Shown here: positions 38,401 through 48,200 of the stretch, in pieces
How the letters are laid out: each line of letters opens with the position of its first letter
How positions within the stretch are numbered: position 1 is the stretch's first letter
Source: a phage
Strand: one strand, 5' to 3'
NCBI GenBank assembly: GCA_024672315.1
Contig: GCA_024672315.1_4714.1
Length of the DNA: 64,000 nucleotides
Position numbers and translations under genes: made by a program
Notes under the pieces: generated by a model
The model's input: the letters and a program-made list of their open reading frames with translations, nothing else
Database searches by the model: none
Told to the model about the DNA's origin: nothing

Positions 38401-39803
38401 GCAAGTGTTAATCCAGAACCGTCGGGTGCTTCGATTTCATGGATGGCGTCAGCATTACGCATCGCTGCTTTATATTGGACACCGCTTAACTGACCTGCAT
38501 CGGCCAGATCGCTCGCGCGCACCAACACCGCATCCGATAACGACTGAATATACTCACCGTGTGTTTTTGGTAACGTTGTCGCGTCAAAGACATCAACCTT
38601 TTCTTCTTCGGTATCGTCGGTAACGACTTCGAAGAGATCGTCGGTAATGTCCTGATCTTCATCAGGTTGGAAATCCGGTTGTACTTCTACCCCAGGTACT
38701 TCACGGACATCTTCGAACGAGCGTTCTACAATGGCGTTCCACGCATCAGCGTCATCGTCTTCATCCGACCCGCCGACCAACTCAGCTTCTAACTCATCGG
38801 GATCAAGAACGGTAGCCAGATCCTCACCGTTAGGAAGCACGACGTCGCGATCATCGTACTCCGCATCCGGGCTGTCCGCAAGAATATCTCGCTCCTGACG
38901 AAGAACCTGTTCCTCTTCTTGTTTCTGTTCTTCTTCATTCGCGCTCTGCGACCACAGACGTGTTACCGCCATCATCCAACGACGTTGGAAGGTTTCAAGT
39001 GTCGTTTTATCGAGTTCTTCCCCTTCCTTTACAAGTCCGGTACGCCATTCTTCCAGCAGGCCGAGATTCAGCGTAAAGAAGTACACGCCGTCTGTGAATA
39101 CAACGTTAAGCTTGTCCAGCGTGGCTCTGTCTAACGAAGCCATCGTGCTGTTCTCACGATCGGTTCCCAGCCAGCGGAAGAAGTCAAAGAACGACAGCTC
39201 CTCCGGTGTGGCGAAATTCATGAGGTTGTTACGGGTCGGTGCCTGTTGCGTGGTACGCATCAACGAAATCTTCGGCAATGTTGACGGTATACGGAACAAC
39301 AAAAAGTGTTGGCGATCGCTTTGCTGTGCGATTTCGTTGGCTTTCGACCAAATTGTTTTACGTACATTGAACCATTCATCATACCAACGGGTGAGCGTTG
39401 GACGATAAATGTACATGTGGTTAAGATGCGCGTAGTTAGCAACGATCTGAGCGTTGATGTTTTTCTCCACCGTGCTTAGATCGGTAACCAAACGAAAACG
39501 ACGATGTGATGCACGATAATCCAATTTCGCTCGTGGGAGTTGGAATCGTTGATCGCGTCGAGGTGCACCCTGTTTGGTTGCGAGATCATCAGCAAACGAA
39601 ATCCATAGTTGAGCATTTTCTTTACTCAGCATGTATTCGTTTTCTGGAGGACCTATCAATGAAGGATCCGTTGCGATGTAATGATAGACAGCATAACGCG
39701 GCAGCTGCAATAGCTGCACTAAACGTAATCTTGGTGATAGTAACTCTTGGTAGCGTCTGACACCAAACTGTCGGTAGTAATCAAGGTATTTAAGTTTTGC
39801 CAT
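35457..39803 (-). CDS. Multisubunit RNA polymerase beta-like subunit (N-terminal part of beta; 1448 aa)
   Basis: TGIGGRS..RRARDREYD..VGIVSEGTKDSGDVGISAYLAPNA aligns with E. coli RpoB [40 protein letters not shown]; downstream AVPAV and GDKG segments align with beta NMQRQAVP and GDKxAGRHGNKG. No GEME region, so the beta C-terminal part is presumably encoded elsewhere. ATG at 39803 preceded by GGAG and an in-frame stop 2 codons upstream. Confidence 0.8.
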   Translation of the reverse strand: MAKLKYLDYYRQFGVRRYQELLSPRLRLVQLLQLPRYAVYHYIATDPSLIGPPENEYMLSKENAQLWISFADDLATKQGAPRRDQRFQLPRAKLDYRASHRRFRLVTDLSTVEKNINAQIVANYAHLNHMYIYRPTLTRWYDEWFNVRKTIWSKANEIAQQSDRQHFLLFRIPSTLPKISLMRTTQQAPTRNNLMNFATPEELSFFDFFRWLGTDRENSTMASLDRATLDKLNVVFTDGVYFFTLNLGLLEEWRTGLVKEGEELDKTTLETFQRRWMMAVTRLWSQSANEEEQKQEEEQVLRQERDILADSPDAEYDDRDVVLPNGEDLATVLDPDELEAELVGGSDEDDDADAWNAIVERSFEDVREVPGVEVQPDFQPDEDQDITDDLFEVVTDDTEEEKVDVFDATTLPKTHGEYIQSLSDAVLVRASDLADAGQLSGVQYKAAMRNADAIHEIEAPDGSGLTLAEYVEVKPKAAKLAPAKVMPEADVIVDKSLCKSTLAVWDKHYVEHVMQKDIAAAVVAVQQAGYPVTGYKVEDVVDVMGDYQVITIKLAPVGGVPTTFPVMLPKVRKDGIYVVNGIKYRMRKQRVDKPIRKVSSSEVALSTAYGKVFVKRSERVVNNAGRWLTRQLTAMYYDKSSPLTTLKRGNVFDPAVKVPYYFAVLARNYTQIQFADWDIRLDTKTLPEFIGEDRFNEQLAEGLLTFARNTLGEFLAIDKRNQLYICQSGQTPTPVGTFPDFFGINAAKMPIEAADLEFMGVRIPVGVVLSYLGGLTPLLEHLKANYRTVPRGSRMGLAPDEFAVSFDDESLIFSKDDRMTTLLLGGFNEYRNYIGYARGAFDNRDIYFNVVDGAGLKVRHLRELELMERLFVDPVSRTLLQNMGEPTDFAMLLLRAVELLLDDWAPNTNDVNYQRFKTYDKFAELVYKDLVGAIRQNENSSQGNRQKISISPVSVWNQILDDSASIVIDETNPMLDIKQGEEATMTGIGGRSKTSLRRARDREYDKSDVGIVSEGTKDSGDVGISAYLAPNANIVSVYGETRPFDEKTDGISSVMSTSALAVPAVDRDDGKRLVFVGIQHNRMIAAEGYDVQPWRTGGETVIAHRVGKLFAAAAQGDGVVKKVTKTALTIQYDDPELGEEVFQLGTIIGKGPGKYYPHDLITDYKVGDRVKDQDVVVFHRLYFKRDWWNPGQVVWRAGVLSLVGILDIPETHEDSSYIFDNLADRLVTPSIKSRTLIVDAHLNIRGLVKIGDHVEPRTILATLEEPIATDLSDESQEAVEALRRMSQYNPRADVHGEVVQIDVLYRAQIEDMSETMAALVGEADKARAKRVKELKLSEATTGRINNSNVRIDGNPLGENQIAIRIFMRYDLGAGMGDKGTFAAQAKSVVSSVGHGVNKTEDGHTLDAIFSGTSIANRIIGSPEVVGTVNLGLLYATERAVDIYFNDAK

Positions 39804-39806
39804 GGG

Positions 39807-39986
39807 TTAGGCTCCACGAGGTCCCGTTAAGTTGCGTAATAGGAACGCAACCGTATCGTAACCAATATCGATGTTGAATTTATTTTTACCACTTACCCAG
39901 AAAGCACGCTTCTTGTGCGAGTTGGTAATTTCGTCAATGGCTTCCATGGAATAAAGAACGTTAACCGAGACCGTATCGCCGTCGAA
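39807..39986 (-). CDS. RNA polymerase beta-prime-like subunit, exon 2 (59 codons: FDGDTVSVNVLYSMEAIDEI...)
   Basis: Translation aligns with E. coli RpoC [21 protein letters not shown] immediately after the catalytic aspartates; the exon stop is 3 nt before the beta start codon. Splice boundary inferred, plus or minus a few nt. Confidence 0.6.
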   Translation of the reverse strand, partial: FDGDTVSVNVLYSMEAIDEITNSHKKRAFWVSGKNKFNIDIGYDTVAFLLRNLTGPRGA

Positions 39987-40505
39987 CCTTGTCTTCGCCT
40001 CAGGTCGCTACGCTGAGACCGCCTGCGTGGATACGTACATCACAGGCTGCTTGCACTTTCATGCAAGAGGAGACTATATCAAACCGTCAGCTTCACCTGC
40101 TACGGTAACCTACACTTCGAAGACGCTTGTCCTCTACAGGGTGGTAAATCCCTTAGTCGTTGAACCTGCGTTGTTTCACATTCTTGTTTGCAAGAATGCC
40201 GTATTGCTACGCAACAACCAGGCTGCTGATTGCCCATTATCACGCACCTTAGCACCGCTTACGCGGCTTTTCTTTCAGCCTAAGCCTCCGTGGGAGGTAG
40301 TGCATCTCAACTGTTGTTTCCGCCTTTCGGCACCTCATGGGTTGTTGAGCTTTAGGGGTTCCCAGCAATTCGTAGGTTTTTCAAGCACTCCCTTTCGGGA
40401 ATACCGGACCAATTCAGTTAGTAAACAACATTATTACCATCCCTCATTCTTAAGGGTTAATTTTTTAAAATGATAAAATTAATGTGTTTTTGGGCTAACT
40501 CGAAG
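39987..40505 (-). other. Group I self-splicing intron (about 519 nt) within the RNAP beta-prime gene
   Basis: On the minus strand in canonical order: P-like AATTGCTGGGAAC (plus 40358-40370), Q-like AATCAGCAGCC (40221-40231), R-like GTTCAACGACTAAGG (40151-40165) and S-like GATATAGTC (40072-40080); exon 1 ends in U, the intron ends in G; no long ORF on the intron coding strand. Confidence 0.75.
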
Positions 40506-41972
40506 ATCACCGCCTAAACCGGCGAGGTATGGCGCAGGAACAATAGTCGTTTCTACGAACGAAGCATTAGGTAACCAGTCGGGGTATTCCCATGCGATAA
40601 ATCGTTCATCCGTTATTGGTTCCCAGTTACTATCCAGTTCGGTTTTCGGTTTTGCAGCGACGGTTGTACGCGCGTAACAGGTTAACGGGATAACGGATTG
40701 CATACCCGATACCGGATAACGTGTTACCATCGCAGCCAGGTTATTCCAGTACTTATATCCGGCGATATAGATAAGCTCGGTGTAAGTAATGGGGTGAACA
40801 TCCGCACCAGGTTTATTCAACATCTCTGGGGGTAATTCACTCATACCACGGAATAACCGAAACGAATCGTTGTTCACATAGACGAGGCAAAGATAACGTC
40901 CATTAACCATGATAGGCTCGTTACGCACACCAGGATCGCTTAAGGTGTTCAATAAACGTTCTATTCCGTCCCATGTTGTAAAGTCATCGATGGTATCTGG
41001 GTCTAACGTGACACGTTCACGTTCCATCGTTTCGATATCGATAAGTTCAACTTCTGTAACATCACGGACAAATATTTCCTGCAAAATCCCCGTACGTAGC
41101 GCATGTTGCGTTACAGGGAGAGCAGCTTTACTCATCTGGTATAACCCTAACTGAACCGCGGTACAGGAAGGCTGGTTAGGCGACCCTAATACCTCCGTTG
41201 TGGGGTTAATTGCCGAAATAACGTTACGGGTTGAGTTCCAAACGCGACGTGAGCCGAACTTACCTTGGAAGATCCCTTTCTTACCCTGGAACATATCCAA
41301 CAGTAAAGCGTAGATATCGTTAAATGTTCTCTGTAAGCTCCAACGTTGACCGTCGTAAACGGGATCAGAATAATCTTTTAATCCATCAGGGACGGTGTTA
41401 GAAATTGCAAGGAAACGACGATACAACTCCGTGATTTCTTGCTCGCTTTCATACCCACCTTCTTTTACTTCTATTTCACGTAAGCCTGCAGGCAATACCA
41501 GTAAGTGACGGGTCATCGCTTTGAACATGTTCTCTTCGACAACTTTAATTCGTAGCTCTCGTTGAGCTGAACCCGTTGAAACGAACTTGATATCAGCGAC
41601 GTGTTGTGCAAAGAACCCGTATCCTGTTTGTCCTGTTAATGCATCAGACGCAACGAAGTCGCGTTGTTCAGGATCCCAACGAGCATACGCCTTTCCCGAC
41701 ATGATATCACCATAGAGGTGTTTTAGTCGAATGAGGCGGTCGTAAATGACGGGATGCAGGATTTCAACTTTGCATTCAATCACCGCAAATCGACGGTCTC
41801 GATCTTCACTACCTGCGCTACCAAAGATGGTGTAAGAATAGAAACCATCATCGTGGAAATTACCGGTGCTTGGGTCACGAATGCTCATGCTCGTGATCTT
41901 GGGGAGAAAACGTAACTGCTGTTTATCGAGGTGTAAAATGCTAATGTTAAACGGCTCTCTGACTTTAGCCAT
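40506..41972 (-). CDS. RNA polymerase beta-prime-like subunit N-terminal part, exon 1
   Basis: AVIECKVEILHPVIY (compare GHIELAAPVAH), LLVLPAGLREIEV..EITELYRRFLAISN (compare VLPVLPPDLRPL..DLNDLYRRVINRNN) and FQGKKGIFQGKFGSRRVWNSTRNVIS (compare [23 protein letters not shown]); ATG at 41972 preceded by AAGAGGAG. The unspliced frame runs 8 codons into the intron to a stop at 40479. Confidence 0.8.
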
Positions 41973-42217
41973 GGAGACACTCCTCTTTACCACCACCGGC
42001 TGCGGCGGTATCATCTGAACACACGAGAGACGTAATGGGTGATGGCGTCACCCATCGCTTCCTTGCCTGATGCCAGGAAGTTATTAGGTTACGTACCGGC
42101 TTGATAAAATCAAGCAGGCGATGTGTGAAGTTACGCTTCAACATTATCAATGCCGAAGGTAAGCTTCGTGCATCACGTTCCAACGTAACATGGGAACGTA
42201 TCGAACTGGAGGTATAC

Positions 42218-45200
42218 ATGGTAGATAAAACCCGTGTTGAGGGTGATGATAATTGGGATAACTGGGATGAAGACTTCTCCCTGGATCTCGATTTCAACGA
42301 ACCCAAAGACGATCGTAAACCGATAACACGCTTTGCGATAGGAGCGGTTAAAGGTGCCGCTGAGGATCTTACTTCCTACGAAAGAATGAAGGAGATCGCC
42401 AGAAACGCATTGCCTAAGGGCTACAGCGACGGTATGGATCTTATCGATTCCGCCGTCGGATCCACGAAGGAACTATACAATGAAGCCGTTCGTGACGTTC
42501 TTCCTAAGGTCCAAAGCTCAAAACGGTTAGCTGCACAACTGACCAAGAAATACCGCGCGAGCATGCCCGATTTCTCGAAGAAAATTCTCGAGCAATGGGA
42601 GCGAGAAGCCAAGGAAGAAGACGAACGTAAACATGCTGAAGAAACCCTTCGTCAACGCATGGCGAGCGCGGGGGACGATGAGATTGCCCGCAAGGTTGCC
42701 GAGGCATTAGGCGAATCAGCAAACCAAAACGCGGATCAGTTCGCTGAACAGCAAGCGAAAGAGAGTATCCGTGACGATATCGCTGATAAACGGTACGCTG
42801 TAACCAACAAACAAATGAGTGCGATGCAAGAAGGCGTCGCCAAGATGGTTGGTTTCAACAACGAATTCGCTGCACGTTACATGCGTAAAAGCCTGGAACT
42901 GAAATATCGTTCCTTAGCGATTCAACGTGCAAGTTTTGATCAGCATAAAAAGTTAGCCGAAGTCTATATCGGTTTATTACAAAACATCCAGAAGAATACG
43001 GCTTTACCTGATGCGGCTAAAGCGAAAATGTCGGAAGAATTCCGTCGTAGCGCATACCAACGTTTCTTTGGTAATGCGTTAGATGCGATGGGTTCTTTCG
43101 AGAACCGTTTCTTTGCCGATGTTAAGAAGAACCTTGCCACCAACGCATTAGGTGCTTTAAAAGGCGTCGTGTCTGGCGCAAACGATGCGTTATACGGTTT
43201 AAACGAAGCGCGTGACTCGATGTCCATGATGGACGGGATGGGGTCAGAAGGCGATATTAAGGAAATGCAAGGAAAGATGTTGGGTCAGTTCATTGGCTCA
43301 ACTGTCGCACCATGGATGGCTAATAAAGGCAGGATGGCGTTACGTGATTTAGCAAAACGCCACCCCAATGCTAAATTCGCAAGTGCGTTAAAAGCCGTGG
43401 ATCAAGGTGGTGAGGCTGCCGCTTACACGACGCGTAATCTCGGTAAACTGCTCCAGGAAGATATTCGTAAAAACGAATTCAATCTTAGCGATCCGTTTTA
43501 CAAGCAATTAATACGCGGCGCAGGGCGTTGGGCGTTCAACATGGACAGCGGACGTAACTTCCGTGTGATGAACGACACCGCTGAAACGCTGGCGGAGCAA
43601 ACGTCTTTCGACGGTTTAACCTACCGCAGCATCAACGAGGTTATTCCAGGCTTTCTTGCACGCATTCTGAAAAGCAGTGAAGGTATCCGCACCGGAAACA
43701 GCGATCCTGACTACGAGGTCTATGACGGCATCAGCGGGCAATTCGTGTCTCAGCGCACGCGTGAGCAAAGCGTCAACGACACACTGTTTAACAAACGTAC
43801 GTTTGGTTATTACGCCAGCCGTTTCAACGAGGTTATCTCGGTCATCGATCCCGATAAGAAATTATCGGAAAAAGCCAGGAAGGCACTGGCTAAGCAGCTG
43901 GCACGAGATAGCGACGCAAACATCGCATTCGACCCAGCTCGTTTTACGGATGAAAGCAACTTCGATCGTAGTATTGACCGCGACGCTATTAAGGAACTTT
44001 CCACGTACTTTCGTGATCGTTACGGTATTCGTGACGATATCAACGATAAGGGCGAACGTCATCAGGTCATTGGAAACCGCGGGCAATATTACACGGAACG
44101 TAACCGAGCTGACCTTCGCTACGGTAATCTGAAATCTTTACAGCCGGATATTCAGCGTAACCTTAACCTACTGAAACGTACTGGTGACGTCCAATATCTG
44201 GAACGTATTGGTATCGTAACGAGAAATAGCGACGGAAGCTACTCGGTTAATCACGATCGGTATTTCTCTGAAATCGATCGATACATCGACCGACCGGAGT
44301 ACGCTGAACGTAACGACGTTAATACGCGATTAACCGCTCAGGAAACAAGAGCGCTGGCGTTGGGTTATCGTGACGCAAAACCATCAGCTGATGACGTCCA
44401 AAATGCGGGTCTGCCACACATCGGTCGTAAGGCTGTTGGAACAGTAACCGTTGATGAAAACATCGGCTACGATAAATGGTGGAACGACACAGGTGTTATC
44501 ACCACATCGCTTGAAGAACAGAATCGAGCGTGGCAAGAACTCTATCTCGAAGCGTTATCTGAAGCATCCGAACAACGTACTGAAATGCTTGCGTTACTGA
44601 AAGCCATTTCTGAGAAAGACCGGTCTAATAACGTTTCGTTGGACGGCGAAGATGTACCTGAAGGTACGGCACCCATTTCATTTATCGATCGTGCCAAACA
44701 AAAACTCGGTGCACGCAACCCCTTTAAAGGCGGCCGTAATCTCCTCTGGAAAGGAATTAAAAATACCGCACGTTGGGGTGTTAAAGGCGCGCGCTGGGGT
44801 GCAGAACGCACGTTGGGTAGTTTGGTAAATTCTGGCCGTCGCATTATCAATTTCAACCGTTTTGTGTTCGGTGCATTATCCAAAGTCGATCAGGTTCCGT
44901 TTGACATTTACGTTAAAGGGGAATCCCAACCACGCATACTGGCTGCTAAACTTCGTCAGGGGTTATACTTCGACGAAGCGACAGGAAAAGCCGTAAAACG
45001 GATGAAGGATATCAAAGGCCCACTCGTTGATGCTGATGGAAACATCGTAATCAGCAACGAGGATATCGAGAAAGGGTTGGTCACTCGCGCGGGTCGTGCC
45101 TTTGAGAATTCAGGACTTAAGGCGTGGGCACGTGAAGGTCTTAATGGAATCACGACGGTATTAAGTCTACCACGGATGTTAAAACGCGGTGCGGTCGAGA

Positions 45201-48200
45201 TCTACAAACAGCTTGACAAGACGCCCGACGTTTACGTCAAGGGAGAATCAACGCCTCGTCTGTTGTCCATGGTGTTAGCAGCGGGTGGGTATTTCCGTCG
45301 GTCGGATGGACAAGTCATCAAAAATCTTGAAGACATCGATGGTGATGTTGTTGATGCACAAGGTAACGTCGTACTTACGCTTGCCGACATGCAGAAAGGA
45401 CTTGTCGATAAATACGGTAAAGCGATTCGTCGCTTAAAAGAAAAGCTCATCAACTTCGGTGTAAAAGCTTTTACGTTACCGTTAACGCTGCTACGTAAGA
45501 CAAAGGACATCCTTAAAGCCCTTCCAGGTAAAGCCGTTAACGGTCTACGACGGATGGGATTAAACTTCCAATCACCTGACGCATTACTGGTGGGAACAAC
45601 GTCGAGTATGGTAGATCGTCTCGATGCGATTTACCAGCTTCTTGACCAGCGTATGCCGGGTGGTGATAAGGATTACCGCGATTGGAATGGCGATGGTGTT
45701 CGAGAAGGATCGCTGGAAGACCTAAAACGTAAGCGTGAAGCCAAGGAAAACGGTAAGGACGACACCGGCAAAGATTCCAATAAAGGGGAAGAAAAGGAGA
45801 AGAAACGAGGATTACTCGGAAGCCTTTTCGATATGCTCGGCGATACCGCATTAGGCAAACGACTCATGGCGAGTCCGCTTGGAAAAATTCTAGGTGGTCT
45901 TGGGGCGGTGTTAAGCGGCGGTGCATCGTTAACCGGGTTGTTGGGCAAGGGTCTCATTAGTGGAACCGGCGCGCTGGTCAAGGGGGGACTAAGTGCGGCA
46001 GGATGGTTAGGACGTGGTGCGTTAATGGCGGGTGGGGCCGCGTTGAACGCCGTTGGTGGGTTATCGGGATTAGGTGCATTCCTTATCTCACCTGTTGGGC
46101 TTGCTATCGCTGGCGGTGCATTGGCTGCTTATGCTGGATGGAAGATCTATCAGCATTTCGCTGAGAAGCCTGACCCGATGCAGAAACTCCGTCTTATTGC
46201 ATACGGTGCAAAAGGGGACGATAAAGACTTCAATAAGAAGCTGCTTGCGACAGAAACATACCTCACCGATCACGTGGTTATGACCGGGGATACCATCGGA
46301 TTCGATCCGAAAGCGGATTCTGAAAAGATTCTCGAAATCTGGGAATTGTCCCTGGAAGATTCCGACCGAATGAACGAATGGAAACGCTGGTATCTGCATC
46401 GTTTTATTCCTGTTTTCGCTCGTGCGTACAAACTCTGGAAAGAGCATATGCCGGACGAGAAGAAATACATGGAAATGGATAAATATCCGAACGGTGAGAA
46501 CAAAGTGAAATGGTCGGAAGCGTTTATCTGGCCTTCCGATAGTCCTGACGGTCCGTATTACGTCGAAGCTAACCCGTTGGGTTCTTCTGGTGCGACGCGT
46601 TATATTGCTGGTCAAGACGTCAAAACCTTGATGCTGAAACAACTCGAAGCCATCAAGAAAGAGTACCAGAATCAGATTAAGCAATACACTCATGATGAGG
46701 CTATTGCTGATTGGTCACGGATGTCTGACACGCAACGTAAATCCGTTGCGCCTAACGCATTACGCGGTCAGAAAGCGTCGTTACGTTTTAACGATAAACG
46801 TTACAACAGTGCTGGCGCTAAAGGACGACAGAAGCTTGACGCAACCGCGGTTATTGAAAGCGTAGACCGTCGTGGTAGAAAATGGGTTGCCGGTGGATAC
46901 ATCGATGAACTCACCAGTCTCCGTGTTCGTGCGTACGGTATCAAGGTTCCGTTGTTAAGTCAGATAAAAGTGCTGATGGAACTCGAAGACGCTGTAGAAC
47001 CTGGCGTAGTCGCTGAAGGTAAAGGTGTTAAATACGGTGGCGATCTTGTTGCGCTCTACAAGAAATTCGCGACGAAGTTCGGAAGAGACGTTAACAGCAA
47101 GCGGGATCAGGATATCTGGTTCGCTTGGATGAATAACCGTTTCCTGCCCGTCTTTTTAACCTATTACCAACAAGTTAGCGACATGGGCGGTCAAGGACTT
47201 CTGTCCGACGTGGTACAGAACCTGAAAGACAGCCAACGCTGGGAAATCGGTGAAGCACTTGTCGCAACGCAATACCGTGATGAGAAAGGTACACTGCAGC
47301 CTGTATGGTCCTGGAATAGTTGTGGTTTCTCCGGTACTGAAGCTAACACCACCAGCAGTTCAACAAAGAGCCAGCTCGATCTGTTAAAAGAATATGCGGA
47401 TAAAGAGAAGGTTCGTGAGAAGAACGCGGAAGCATCGCAAGAGGATGCCGATAAATTATCGAAGATCCAAGAGCTGATGATGAAGCAGGCTGGGTACGAG
47501 AAGAAAGACGGTGTCTGGCAGAAGAAATCACGCATTACCGGCGGGATGAGTAACGCCGAAGCGAATTACAACCCCAATGGGAATAGGGTAGGTGCAAGCA
47601 GCTTTACTGCTTCGGCTACTTCCAGTGCTGGGTTGGGGTCAACCGGCGATCTTACTGGATTGCCTAACATGGGCTTACAGAAACCTGCAATGGGACCAGG
47701 TCCTGAAGCTGGACGTCGTGCGCTTGTTAAATCCGCTGTAAAACGCGGCATTACCGATCCAATGGAAATGGCGATGTTCCTCGCGAACATCGAACATGAA
47801 TCAGGGAACTACACTCACGTACGTGAGGGGAACTATAAGACACCAGAGCGTCTTAAACAGGTCTTCCCTTACAAATTCCGTGATGTACAGGATGCCGCAC
47901 AGACGATCAGCATGGGGCCGGAAGCGGTATTCGAACGTGTGTATGGTAATCGTAAAGATCTCGGGAACACACAGAAAGGGGACGGGGCGAAGTATTTAGG
48001 ACGTGGCTTCATTCAGGTTACCGGTAAAGCTAACTACGCTCGTCTGTCCAAGACCTTGAATAAGGATCTTGTCAGCGATCCGACATACCTGGAAACGCCG
48101 GAAGGTGCGGCGGAAGGTAGTGTCGCATGGTGGCTCAACCGAGGTAACGTGTTACGCGATCCCGCAAAACGGGGTGATGTACGCCAAGTTCGTTATCTGG

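Noticed and set aside
35457-39803. The 1448-aa ORF as the continuation (second exon) of the intron-interrupted beta-prime gene
   Set aside because: An in-frame stop lies two codons upstream of its ATG, it has its own RBS, and its internal motifs align with RpoB (beta), not RpoC; a separate short exon 2 (39807-39986) carries the beta-prime continuation.
40027-40473. Plus-strand 148-aa ORF in the apparent beta/beta-prime gap
   Set aside because: It is on the opposite strand to the group I intron core elements and both flanking genes, and its translation is low-complexity; the region is better explained as intron RNA.
42101-42217. Upstream extension of the giant gene to the track start at 42101
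   Set aside because: The first ATG with a canonical RBS (GGAGGTATAC) is at 42218; the upstream 39 codons are basic and low-complexity with no RBS.
43677-47790. Numerous minus-strand and alternative-frame ORFs inside the giant gene (for example 45232-45981, 46088-46693, 47191-47535)
   Set aside because: All are embedded in a continuous 6.7-kb ORF with conserved domains; their translations are Pro/Ser/Arg-rich shadow products.
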